This document shows, one piece after another, positions 52,057 through 61,603 of a stretch of 64,000 bases of DNA. The DNA is taken from positions 2,769 through 66,768 of the forward strand of contig CANJNG010000004.1 in assembly GCA_947475205.1 (NCBI GenBank). Reading direction: 5' to 3'. Each line of letters starts with the position of its first letter. Within the stretch, counting starts at the first letter, position 1. This stretch comes from Bacteroidota bacterium. Lineage in GTDB: Bacteria > Bacteroidota > Bacteroidia > JAIBAJ01. Under the pieces are notes generated by a model. It did no database searches and had not been told where the DNA came from. It worked only from the letters and a program-made list of their open reading frames with translations. Position numbers and translations under genes: made by a program.

Positions 52057-52320
52057 GCCCGCTTTCTCCCCTTCAAAAGTTCAGCCGCAGTGTGCGATAT
52101 TATGCATCTGCCTTCGCTCACCTTTGCTATCACGAACCTAATCGTTTTCGGCTTGTTTCGTGGGTGCAGATTGGGTGGATGGTTTTGGGGGTGGTGGGGT
52201 TTTTTGGGTTGGTGGTGGTTGGGATGATGTAGGGAGAGTTTTTTATTTACTTTTCAGGCTTCAAATTTCTCAAACCAAATAAATAAAAACAACCGCCGAA
52301 AGGCACAAACACAAAACAAA

Positions 52321-52890
52321 ACGAAAAAATCAATTCTATTTTTTGCAATTACTTCTATTGCATTTGCAAGTTGTACCAAGAAGCCAACAGCATGTTTCAA
52401 TGCCGACACAACAGAGGCAAAAACCAATGAGAATATTAACTTTAATAGTTCTTGTTCAGAGAATGCCGAAAGTTATTCTTGGAATTTTGGCGATGGGTCT
52501 AGTGGTGATGGCTCCTCTGTTTCTCATAAATATACAGATGCCGGAGATTATACAGTTACCCTAACCGCAAAAGGAAAAAAGGATGAAGCCCAGACGACTA
52601 AGGCAGTTACTATTACAGGAGCAAGTTCTAATGACCCAATGTGTGTGCAGAATAATTCAGGAACAGTAAAAGTTACTAATTCTCACGATAGCAACTATAC
52701 TGTAGAAATCAATGGAGAAAACAAAGGACAAGTTGGAGGATATGGCACCACAGCAGCTTTTACATACACTGCGGGTACAGCTATTAACGTAACTATTACT
52801 CAAATTGATGGCTATTTAGTTTATCCATCTGTTTTTTATGGTAGCGGAACGGTTACTCAATGTCAAGAAATTACAATTATTCCTAACTAG
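52321..52890 (+). pseudogene. PKD-domain lipoprotein whose expected ATG is ACG (start-codon lesion or non-canonical start)
   Basis: The frame from 52321 reads (T)KKSILFFAITSIAFASCTKKPTACFNADTTEAKTNENINFNSSCSENAESYSWNFGDGSSGDGSSVSHKYTDAGDYTVTLTAKGK... and runs continuously to the TAG at 52888. This is a perfect lipoprotein signal plus a PKD domain. The in-frame codon preceding KKS is ACG, and there is no in-frame ATG, GTG or TTG between the upstream stop (TGA about 52222) and the signal peptide. Confidence 0.5.
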
Positions 52891-52911
52891 TCATTATCTA
52901 AATTAAAAAAA

Positions 52912-52962
52912 GGGCGTGGCTTAATTAGCTACGCCTTTTTTTATGCCCACCCATGCCACGCC
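52912..52962 (+). terminator. Second terminator plus ATGCCCACCCATGCCACGCC box
   Basis: An imperfect hairpin (GGGCGTGGCTTAATTAGCTACGCC) is followed by T7, then an identical 20-nt box. Confidence 0.6.
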
Positions 52963-53030
52963 AAAAACTTCGCCCGTAGTTAATACATCAACACTAAGTT
53001 ACGCTATGGCCTATCTTTGCTAAAAAAAAA

Positions 53031-54461
53031 ATGAAAACTACCTATCAAATTCAGCACACAGCAAAGTTATTGGCAAAGGCTCTTTGCCTTCAATTAGCGT
53101 TAACCACACCCATTTCAGCCTTTGCTCAATCGTCAGTACTCGACACTGAATTTTCGTCCTATTTGGGTAGTTATGCCAACTGCTTATCGCTGTATCCGGA
53201 TGGGAAAATTGTTGTAACCGGACGGTTTTCGAATGGCGGAAACTTTATTAAACGGCTATTGCCCAATGGCACTACCGATAGTTTTCATCACTACTACAAG
53301 AGCCCGGCAGGTGAACTTACCAGCAATGCTATTCAAAGCGATGGTAAAATTATAGTTGGGGGCTTCTTCACATTTTATGGCGATATGGATGCTAATTATT
53401 TATGGGGCGAGCATCCTTATATTGCACGGTTAAACTACAATGGAGAGATAGATACTACGTTTTCGCCCCTTATGCTTAACGCACCAGTTCGCACCTTAGC
53501 AATTGATGCTAACCAACGAATACTAGCCGGTGGTGATTTTACCGATAACGATGGCTATAACCTTAACAGTATTGCCCGCTTTATGCCCGATGGTAGTTTA
53601 GACCCATCTTTTAGTATAGGAACAGGTTTTAATGCCGCTGTTTTTAAGATACTTGTTCAGCCCGATGGTAAAATTTTAGTTGCAGGTAATTTTACTGAAT
53701 TTAACGGCGTTCCGGCTTTTCGCATCGCCCGTTTGAATGATGATGGTAGCTTAGATTCAGGCTTTGGAATTGGAGCCGGGTTCGATGATATTGTTCTCGA
53801 TTTGGCAGTTCAGCCCGACGGGAAAATTATAGCCGGTGGAAATTTTTTGGCCTGTCAAGGTCAGGAATGCACACGATTGGCCAGGCTAGAAGCCAATGGC
53901 AACCTTGATGTAACATTTTCGCAAAATGCCTCGGCCGATTCAACCGTTTTAGCCGTTGCCGTTACCGAAAGTGGTGCAATTGTGGTGGGGGGTGAATTTT
54001 TGAACCTAAATGGCGTGTCGCGAAGCAGGATTGGCCAGTTAAAACCAAATGGTACTCTCGACACTAATTTCGATCCCGGTGTAGGGTGCAATAAATATGT
54101 AGCCGATATTTTGATTCAGCCGGATAAACGCATTTTACTCACCGGATTTTTCACCAAATACAACAATGTTGTCGAAATCAGAATTTGCCGACTTATGGGC
54201 GAAGACCCATTAGCTATTTCTGATATTCATGATAGTCAGTTGTGGTATAGTTTTATTAACGACAACGGAAATCTGCAACTGGAAAACCTTCAGGCGAAAA
54301 GCAAAATTCAACTCCTCAATATCTCGGGGGTAGAAATACTTAACACCGATGAAATAAACGGAAAAGCACGATTAGCGACTTCTCTTATTCCGAAAGCTGT
54401 TTATATTCTCAAAGTGTATTCCGAGAGTACCGTAAGCACAAAGAAGGTTGTGGTTGATTAA
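53031..54461 (+). CDS. Secreted beta-propeller (delta-60/YVTN-like repeat) protein with T9SS C-terminal domain
   Basis: The signal peptide ends at AFAQ. Repeated blades follow: DGKIIVGGxF, PDGKILVAGNF and QPDGKIIAGGNF. The C-terminal tail reads KAVYILKVYSESTVSTKKVVVD. Confidence 0.7.
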   Translation: MKTTYQIQHTAKLLAKALCLQLALTTPISAFAQSSVLDTEFSSYLGSYANCLSLYPDGKIVVTGRFSNGGNFIKRLLPNGTTDSFHHYYKSPAGELTSNAIQSDGKIIVGGFFTFYGDMDANYLWGEHPYIARLNYNGEIDTTFSPLMLNAPVRTLAIDANQRILAGGDFTDNDGYNLNSIARFMPDGSLDPSFSIGTGFNAAVFKILVQPDGKILVAGNFTEFNGVPAFRIARLNDDGSLDSGFGIGAGFDDIVLDLAVQPDGKIIAGGNFLACQGQECTRLARLEANGNLDVTFSQNASADSTVLAVAVTESGAIVVGGEFLNLNGVSRSRIGQLKPNGTLDTNFDPGVGCNKYVADILIQPDKRILLTGFFTKYNNVVEIRICRLMGEDPLAISDIHDSQLWYSFINDNGNLQLENLQAKSKIQLLNISGVEILNTDEINGKARLATSLIPKAVYILKVYSESTVSTKKVVVD

Positions 54462-54583
54462 CCAAACTTTACCGTTTGTTTTGTGGCATCGTACCCAAAA
54501 ACACCGGCAATCACCAATTTTAAAAGAAACTAAACAATCTAAACAAAAACAGGTTTATTATTGTCGTTCCAAAAACGTTTCGA

Positions 54584-56674
54584 ATGACAAAACTATTTAC
54601 CCTTTTAGCAGCGGCTTTAGTTACCACAGTTTCTGCCCAAAATTACAGCATTGGTACCCGAACTATTACCTTTAACGACCCCGCCAGAACAGGAGGAACC
54701 GGGAGTGGAGGAGGGCCCGGCCGTCAAATTCAAACCTATTTAATATATCCATCGGTTACTTCAGGAGCCAATACTGCTGTTGCTACTGGTTCTTTTCCTG
54801 TTGTTGTTTTTGGACATGGCTTTTCCATGACCTACGATGCATACAAACCAATTTATGATAGTCTGGCAAGTTGGGGATATGTGGTTTGTCTGCCTTCCAC
54901 AGAAGGAGGAACATTATCCACCTCACATCCTGATTTTGCTCAGGACCTAGCGATTGTTTTAGATAAAACACTTGCTTTCAACACCAATAACGCCTCACCA
55001 TTTATCGGAAAAATCAATGGTAAAGGTGCAATAGGTGGCCATAGTATGGGTGGCGGGTGCAGCTTTTTGTCGGCACAATTTACCACTAATGAAACCTGCC
55101 TATTCAACTTTGCAGCGGCAGAAACCACACCTTCTGCTGTAGCACAATGCAGCACAACAGTTGATCAGCCATTGCTTGTTATTGCAGGTAGTTATGATGT
55201 AGTGGCACCTCCGGCTTCTAATCAGGATTTAATGTATAATGCTGCAATATCAGCCTGCAAAACGTATGTGAATATTACAGGGGCCTATCATTGCCAATTT
55301 TCAGATGTAAATCTTGCCTGTCAGTTTGGTGAAGGGTCTTTATTCCCCCCATCTGGCGGACCAAGCCGAGATCAACAATTGGCCACCACCCGCAAAGTCC
55401 TTCGCCCCTTTCTTGATTTTTGGTTGAAAGGAATATGTGCCCAATGGACAAACTTTGAGGCCCTGCTTACTGCCGGACAGGGTATAACCAGCCAACAAAA
55501 TTGCAATGTGAGTATTCCTACTACTCCCGTAATTCAAACAAGCGGAGCAACCACATTTTGTGCAGGAGGAAGCGTTGATTTAAGTGTTTCTGCCGGAAAT
55601 TCCAATGTTCTATGGAGCAACAATCAAACAACAAGTAGCATTACAGCCTCTACTAACAATACCTATGCAGTTACCCTTACCGGAACAAACAACTGTTCAG
55701 CAACATCGGCTCCAACCACAGTAACCGTAAACCCTGCACCTAACGCAACCATTGTTCCCCAGGGGGCAACTAGCGTTTGTGCACCCGCTACTGTTACCCT
55801 GACATCGCCATCTACCACCGGAAATTTATGGAGTACCGGACAAACAACACAAACAATTACCATAACCCAAACAAGCAATATTTCCTTGACCGTAACCGAC
55901 GGAAATAACTGTCAAGCTACATCGCAATCCGTTTCAGTAAGTATTGCAGATTCGCTGGTGCCGCCAATTACCGGTGAGTTTGGTGCGTTTTTCTGTCAAG
56001 GTACCACTGCCCAATTATCATTGCCCGATTTTTCAAATTACACCTCTGTTCTATGGAGCGATAACTCAACAGCACAAACTACAACAGCCAACCAAATAGG
56101 TCAGTATTGTGTAAGTGTAACCTCATCAGGGTGCAATGGCAGCAATTGTATAACCTTAACCGATGGCACACCCGCCGCAAACTTTACCGTTACTAATTTA
56201 GCTCCGCTTTTAGCCGGAAATGTAATTGATTTCGCTCCAAATATTTTTCAAGGCGACCCAAATTCAAGCGTGAGCTGGGATTATGGCGATGGAACAAACG
56301 GCACAGCCAATAACCATATTTATACCTCGATGGGTTTATTCAATGCCTGTATCACCGTTACCGACCCGCAAACCGGATGCAGTAGCATTCCATATTGCAG
56401 TGGATTTATGATTGATGGCTTTGTTGGAATAGAATCAAATAAACCGCAAACCTCTTTTGGCATAAAGCCCAATCCTGCACAAAATACAGTAACTGTTTTC
56501 GGAATAAAGAAGTTCCCGGAGCAAATTATCCTTTCAGATATGTCGGGTCGGGTAGTATTAGAATCAAGTCTAAATACCGAAATGAGCACCCTAAATATTA
56601 GTCAACTTAAATCGGGGATTTATTTCTTGAAATCGGTTAAGGAATCCAAGGTTCTTAAACTTGTTGTGGAATAG
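54584..56674 (+). CDS. Secreted alpha/beta-hydrolase esterase (cutinase/PETase-like, dienelactone-hydrolase fold) fused to Ig/PKD repeats and a T9SS C-terminal domain
   Basis: Signal peptide MTKLFTLLAAALVTTVSAQ. The lipase box is FPVVVFGHGFSMTYDAYKPIYDSLASWGYVVCLP. The nucleophile elbow is GHSMGGG, and candidate Asp/His residues sit in VIAGSYDVVAPP and GAYHCQF. The PKD signature is SWDYGDGTNGTANNHIYTSMGLFNACITVTD. The C-terminal tail is GIYFLKSVKESKVLKLVVE. Confidence 0.75.
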   Translation: MTKLFTLLAAALVTTVSAQNYSIGTRTITFNDPARTGGTGSGGGPGRQIQTYLIYPSVTSGANTAVATGSFPVVVFGHGFSMTYDAYKPIYDSLASWGYVVCLPSTEGGTLSTSHPDFAQDLAIVLDKTLAFNTNNASPFIGKINGKGAIGGHSMGGGCSFLSAQFTTNETCLFNFAAAETTPSAVAQCSTTVDQPLLVIAGSYDVVAPPASNQDLMYNAAISACKTYVNITGAYHCQFSDVNLACQFGEGSLFPPSGGPSRDQQLATTRKVLRPFLDFWLKGICAQWTNFEALLTAGQGITSQQNCNVSIPTTPVIQTSGATTFCAGGSVDLSVSAGNSNVLWSNNQTTSSITASTNNTYAVTLTGTNNCSATSAPTTVTVNPAPNATIVPQGATSVCAPATVTLTSPSTTGNLWSTGQTTQTITITQTSNISLTVTDGNNCQATSQSVSVSIADSLVPPITGEFGAFFCQGTTAQLSLPDFSNYTSVLWSDNSTAQTTTANQIGQYCVSVTSSGCNGSNCITLTDGTPAANFTVTNLAPLLAGNVIDFAPNIFQGDPNSSVSWDYGDGTNGTANNHIYTSMGLFNACITVTDPQTGCSSIPYCSGFMIDGFVGIESNKPQTSFGIKPNPAQNTVTVFGIKKFPEQIILSDMSGRVVLESSLNTEMSTLNISQLKSGIYFLKSVKESKVLKLVVE

Positions 56675-56825
56675 GTTTAGGATGTGGCAAGGGAGAAAAA
56701 AGGAATATTTAAGCCCAATTTCTTCCATTGAGAAAATAGATTAATGGTTAAGCTGTAATTTTCAAGGCCGAAGCACGGTAATTTGGATAATACTGATAAC
56801 TTTGCCCGAAATTTATATATAGTAT

Positions 56826-57188
56826 ATGTCAACGCCTGCCGATTACCTGCCGATTCTGCTTCAGTTTATTGCAGCTTTGGGTTTTGTTGTGCTCACGATA
56901 GGGGCAACCCATTTGTTAGGTCCCAAACGCCATACCAATGTTAAAAACGAAACCTTTGAATGCGGTATCGAGTCAGTTGGTAATGCCCGTGTACCGTTTA
57001 GTATTAAATACTTTTTGGTAGCCATCCTTTTTGTGCTTTTCGATGTGGAAGTAATATTTATGTATCCTTGGGCAGTGAACTTCAAAAGTTTGGGTGTGCG
57101 AGGTTTGATAGAAATGTTTATGTTCATGTCCTTATTGCTTCTCGGCTTCTTCTACATTATCAAGAAAGGTGCTTTGAAGTGGGAGTAA
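56826..57188 (+). CDS. nuoA: NADH-quinone oxidoreductase subunit A
   Basis: 120 aa with 3 TM helices and the conserved ECGxE motif (FECGIES). Confidence 0.9.
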   Translation: MSTPADYLPILLQFIAALGFVVLTIGATHLLGPKRHTNVKNETFECGIESVGNARVPFSIKYFLVAILFVLFDVEVIFMYPWAVNFKSLGVRGLIEMFMFMSLLLLGFFYIIKKGALKWE

Positions 57189-57261
57189 TTTCAATTACGA
57201 ATTGAAAATCCTCACAAAGTCTAATATCTCACATCTAATATCTCAAGTCTAAAAATAAAAA

Positions 57262-57834
57262 ATGGGTGCAGAAAAAATAAACCAATCGCTTCCTTCGCGG
57301 ATTCAGATTGTAGGAGCTCCTGACGGAATCGAAGGGCCGGGCTTCTTTGCCACACAGCTCGACACAGTGGTAGGAATGGCTCGCAAAAACTCTATTTGGC
57401 CTTTACCGTTTGCCACATCGTGTTGCGGTATCGAATTTATGGCTACAATGGGAGCACATTACGATTTAGGTCGTTTTGGGTCTGAAAGACTTTCATTTTC
57501 GCCCCGCCAAGCCGATTTGCTAATGGTGATGGGAACTATTGCAAAGAAAATGGGGCCAATTCTTCGTCAAGTGTATGAACAAATGGCTGAACCCCGCTGG
57601 GTGATTGCCGTTGGTGCCTGTGCATCGAGCGGAGGAATATTTGATACCTATAGCGTACTTCAAGGAATTGATAGGATTATACCTGTGGATGTTTACGTTC
57701 CCGGATGCCCACCCCGCCCCGAGCAAATATTGGATGGTGTAATGAAAATTCAGGAATTGGTACAAGCCGAGAGCCGTGGAAGAAGGGAGTCGGCTGAATA
57801 CAAGGCCGAACTAGGAAAGTATGGAATTGAGTAA
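57262..57834 (+). CDS. nuoB: NADH-quinone oxidoreductase subunit B
   Basis: Cys ligands of cluster N2 are CCGIEFMA...GACASSGG...CPP. Confidence 0.9.
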   Translation: MGAEKINQSLPSRIQIVGAPDGIEGPGFFATQLDTVVGMARKNSIWPLPFATSCCGIEFMATMGAHYDLGRFGSERLSFSPRQADLLMVMGTIAKKMGPILRQVYEQMAEPRWVIAVGACASSGGIFDTYSVLQGIDRIIPVDVYVPGCPPRPEQILDGVMKIQELVQAESRGRRESAEYKAELGKYGIE

Positions 57835-57864
57835 ATTATAGTTTCAGAAAGTATAAATTAGAAA

Positions 57865-58386
57865 ATGGCCTTAACAAACGAACTAGTTGCTGATAAACTT
57901 GCCGATAAATTTGGCGATGCTATTTTAAGCACTGAACAGCAATACGACTTTCAGGTTTGGACTGTGAAACGCGAAAAGATAGTTGAAATCATTCAGTTTC
58001 TGTATGAGGATGCTGCTTTGCAATATCAGTTTCTTACCACTATGTGTGGCATCCATATTCCGGCTAACACGGCCGATAAGCAAATGTGTGTAATGTATCA
58101 ATTGCACAATCTGCCCGAAAATCACCGCATTCGCTTAAAAGTATATTTCGCAGAAGCCGATAGGAATATGCCAACCATCACCCCGATTTTCCGCACTGCA
58201 AACTGGATGGAACGCGAAGCCTACGATTTTTATGGCATCATTTTCAAAGGGCATCCGAATTTGAAAAAGATTCTAAATATGGAAGACCAAGAGTTTTTCC
58301 CAATGATGAAATATTTCCCGTTAGAAGATGGAACACGGGAAGACAAAGATGATACGATGTTTGGCAGAAAGGCCTTGAATAAATGA
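57865..58386 (+). CDS. nuoC: NADH-quinone oxidoreductase subunit C
   Basis: 173 aa with the 30-kDa subunit signature (ERExYDxxGIxFxGHP). Confidence 0.9.
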   Translation: MALTNELVADKLADKFGDAILSTEQQYDFQVWTVKREKIVEIIQFLYEDAALQYQFLTTMCGIHIPANTADKQMCVMYQLHNLPENHRIRLKVYFAEADRNMPTITPIFRTANWMEREAYDFYGIIFKGHPNLKKILNMEDQEFFPMMKYFPLEDGTREDKDDTMFGRKALNK

Positions 58387-58486
58387 ATTTAGAATTCAGA
58401 TGTTAGACATTAGAAGTTAGACCATATTTATGCTGAGTCTAAAATCTAAAATCTAAAATCTAAAATCTCCTATCTAAACACACACA

Positions 58487-59695
58487 ATGAGCAACGTAAT
58501 AGCCGAACCTCAAAAGAAAGAAAAAGAATACTCCACCCTCAACCTGGGTCCAACCCATCCGGCTACGCATGGAATTTTTCAGAACGTACTGAAAATGGAC
58601 GGGGAGATTATTATGGATAGCGAAGCTACAATTGGGTATATCCACCGTGCGTTTGAGAAAATTGCCGAACACCGTCCATATTATCAAATCACTACCCTTA
58701 CTGATAGGATGAACTATTGCTCATCGCCTATCAACAATATGGGCTGGGAAATGACCGTGGAAAAACTTCTTGGGGTAGAAATTCCCAAACGGGTGGACTA
58801 TATGCGGATAGTAATTATGGAATTGGCCCGTATTGCCGACCATATTGTTTGCAATACCGTAATTGGTGTGGACACGGGTGCTTTATCGGGCTTTGTGTAT
58901 ATGTTTCAGTGGAGAGAAAAGATTTACGAAATATTTGAAGAAATATGTGGAGCCAGACTAACCACTAACATTGGAAGAATTGGTGGGTTTGAGCGTGATT
59001 TCTCTGATAAATCATGGAAGCAAATCAATGATTTTATTGCTGAATTTCCTGCTATTCTAAAAGAGTATGAGGGCTTATTGATGCGTAATCGAATCTTTAT
59101 GGATCGCACTATCGGAGCTGGACCTATTTCTCCCGAACTTGCTTTAAACTATGGTTTCACAGGGCCTAATCTTCGTGCGGCAGGTGTTGATTACGATGTG
59201 AGGGTTATGAATCCATATTCATCTTACCAAGATTTTGATTTCATTGTTCCGGTGGGTACCAAGGGCGATACTTATGATCGCTTTCAGGTGCGACACGAAG
59301 AAATGAAGCAAAGCCAGAGCATAATTAAACAAGCACTTCAAAAGCTTGAGGGTATGAAAGGCGGGCCGCACCATGCCGATGTTCCTGCTTTTTATCTTCC
59401 ACCTAAGGATGAGGTTTACAACAATATGGAAGCCTTAATCTATCACTTCAAAGTGGTGATGGGCGAAGTGGATGTTCCGGTTGGGGAAGTATATCACAGT
59501 GTAGAAGGCGGCAATGGAGAATTGGGCTTTTATGTTATCAGCGATGGGGGCAGGGCTCCTTTCCGGGTGCATTTCCGTCGGCCATGCTTTATTTATTACC
59601 AAGGATATGCCGATATGGTGAAAGGTTCCATGCTGTCAGATGCAATTCTTACGCTTTCGAGCATGAATGTGATAGCCGGGGAGTTGGATGCCTGA
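58487..59695 (+). CDS. nuoD: NADH-quinone oxidoreductase subunit D
   Basis: 402 aa. LGPTHPATHG is the 49-kDa subunit signature, and the C-terminal motif is RVHFRRPCF. Confidence 0.9.
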   Translation: MSNVIAEPQKKEKEYSTLNLGPTHPATHGIFQNVLKMDGEIIMDSEATIGYIHRAFEKIAEHRPYYQITTLTDRMNYCSSPINNMGWEMTVEKLLGVEIPKRVDYMRIVIMELARIADHIVCNTVIGVDTGALSGFVYMFQWREKIYEIFEEICGARLTTNIGRIGGFERDFSDKSWKQINDFIAEFPAILKEYEGLLMRNRIFMDRTIGAGPISPELALNYGFTGPNLRAAGVDYDVRVMNPYSSYQDFDFIVPVGTKGDTYDRFQVRHEEMKQSQSIIKQALQKLEGMKGGPHHADVPAFYLPPKDEVYNNMEALIYHFKVVMGEVDVPVGEVYHSVEGGNGELGFYVISDGGRAPFRVHFRRPCFIYYQGYADMVKGSMLSDAILTLSSMNVIAGELDA

Positions 59696-59863
59696 TAAAA
59701 GGGAGTTTTTTTTCATCGCTTTCCTTATTCCATTTAGCAACAGTAAAAAATGTTGCAAAAACAGCTATATCCAAACGGTGCAAGCAAATTCTATTTCAAA
59801 CTGAATTTACAATTGGTATAATTTCGCCACCCACAGTAAAAGGCTAAATTCATTACCAAGCGT

Positions 59864-60862
59864 ATGCGAATATTAAAATTTGGAGGCTCATCGGTAGCCG
59901 ATGCCGGACAGTTAAAGAACGTTTCGGCCATTGTAAAAACATATATTTCGCGTAGCCCCGATTTGGTGATGGTGGTGTCGGCTCAATCGGGAGTTACCGA
60001 TGATTTGGTGAAACTGTGCAGCATTATTCCGATTGATTTTAGTGCCTGCGAACCCATTTTAACCCATATTGCCCAGCGGCACGTTGCTACTTTAAAGGAA
60101 TTGCTGCCAGCCTTGCAACAACCCGCAGCCCTGGCAGAGGTGCTATCGCTGTGCAAAGAACTAAACGATATTGCCAAAGGTGCATCGCTTGTGGGTGAGG
60201 TTACAGCTCGCACTCGCGATTTGATTTTAAGTTTTGGCGAACGCCTTTCGGCTTTTTGTGTGAGTGCTGTTTTTAAGTTAGAAATTCCGAACATACACTT
60301 TGCCGATGCCCGCAATTTGATTCGCACCGACGAAACCTTTGGTTATGCCAAGGTTAATTTTACCGAAACAAATAAGCGTGTTCAGGAATATTTTGCGGCC
60401 AACAAAGGTTTGCAAGTGGTTACAGGTTTTATTGCGAGTTCGGAATCGGGTCAAACCACCACTTTGGGACGAAGCGGCTCTGATTACACTGCCGCTATTT
60501 TAGGAGCAGCCCTAACCGCCGAAGCCATCGAAATATGGACCGATGTGGATGGAGTTATGACTGCCGACCCACGTTTTGTGCAAGAAGCTCAGCATATCGA
60601 GCAGCTTTCGTACAGCGAGGCGATGGAGCTTTCGCATTTTGGGGCGAAAGTGATTTTCCCTGCTACCATGCAGCCGGCAATGGTGAAATCCATTCCTATT
60701 TGGGTGAAGAATACGTTTAATCCCACCTTTAAAGGAACACTTATTTGTGATACCACCGGAGCCGATAATGGTTTTGTGAAAGGTATTACTTCCCTCAAAA
60801 CTCTTCGGCTCGATACTCCGATGAAGAAATGTAGATTGCAACCGAAAACAGAATTAAAATAA
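59864..60862 (+). CDS. Aspartate kinase catalytic domain, C-terminally truncated (ACT regulatory domains missing)
   Basis: MRILKFGGSSVADAG..., then VSAQSGVTDDLV..., then TTLGRSGSDYTAAILGAAL..., then IWTDVDGVMTADPR. It ends 25 aa into the first ACT domain (VKGITSLKTLRL...), and a stop follows at 60860. Only 48 bp separate it from the convergent response-regulator gene. Confidence 0.65.
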   Translation: MRILKFGGSSVADAGQLKNVSAIVKTYISRSPDLVMVVSAQSGVTDDLVKLCSIIPIDFSACEPILTHIAQRHVATLKELLPALQQPAALAEVLSLCKELNDIAKGASLVGEVTARTRDLILSFGERLSAFCVSAVFKLEIPNIHFADARNLIRTDETFGYAKVNFTETNKRVQEYFAANKGLQVVTGFIASSESGQTTTLGRSGSDYTAAILGAALTAEAIEIWTDVDGVMTADPRFVQEAQHIEQLSYSEAMELSHFGAKVIFPATMQPAMVKSIPIWVKNTFNPTFKGTLICDTTGADNGFVKGITSLKTLRLDTPMKKCRLQPKTELK

Positions 60863-60910
60863 GCGAAACAATAATGGTAAACTGTAGGGTGAGTTTAGCC
60901 CGTATTTGCA

Positions 60911-61591
60911 TTATTCGTCCTCCTTCAAAATATAGCCTAATCCAAATGCAGTATGGATAAGCTTTTTATCGAATTTTTTGTCAATTTTCTGACGAAGATA
61001 AAAAATGTAAAGGTCAATAATATTTGTTCCGGTATCGAAGGTTATGCCCCAAATTTTCTCGGCTATGTCGCTTCTGGTCAGCACGCTTCCTTTATTTCGA
61101 ATAAGCAATTCCAAGAGGTTAAATTCTTTGATAGTAAGGTCAATTCGTTTCCCGCCTCGTCTTACCGATTTTGCACTCAAGTCCATTTCCAAATCCAACA
61201 CTTTCAACACCTTAACACTGTTATTTGCCGTACTGCGTTTTATTAAGGCTTTTAACCGGGCAAGCAGTTCGTCAAATTCAAAGGGCTTTACTAAATAATC
61301 ATCGGCTCCAATATCAAAACCTTTCAATTTATTACCAGTTGTGCCGAGTGCAGAAAGCATCAAAATAGGCACTGAATTGTCGGCTTCCCGTATTTTCTGA
61401 CACACCTCAAAGCCGTTTATCCCCGGCAAATTAATGTCTAAAACTATGGCATCAAACTCTGCATTTAGGGCCGAGCGGCTTCCGGCCAAACCATCATAGG
61501 CTATTTCTGAATTATATCCATTCAAAGCTAAGCCTTTGTTGATAAATCCGGCTACTTTGGGTTCATCCTCGATGATTAGAATATTAGGCAT
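60911..61591 (-). CDS. OmpR-family two-component response regulator
   Basis: The receiver domain has the phospho-acceptor D in AIVLDINLPG, and also T in LMLSALGT and K in YLVKPF. The C-terminal winged-helix domain reads LTIKEFNLLELLIRNKGSVLTRSDIAEKIWG. Confidence 0.85.
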   Translation of the reverse strand: MPNILIIEDEPKVAGFINKGLALNGYNSEIAYDGLAGSRSALNAEFDAIVLDINLPGINGFEVCQKIREADNSVPILMLSALGTTGNKLKGFDIGADDYLVKPFEFDELLARLKALIKRSTANNSVKVLKVLDLEMDLSAKSVRRGGKRIDLTIKEFNLLELLIRNKGSVLTRSDIAEKIWGITFDTGTNIIDLYIFYLRQKIDKKFDKKLIHTAFGLGYILKEDE

Positions 61592-61603
61592 AGTCGAAAG
61601 TGC

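Noticed and set aside
52343-52564. ORF 52343..52564 (TTG start) overlapping the PKD gene in another frame
   Set aside because: A different frame covering 52321..52890 gives a coherent lipoprotein signal plus PKD domain. The TTG-initiated ORF is an out-of-frame shadow.
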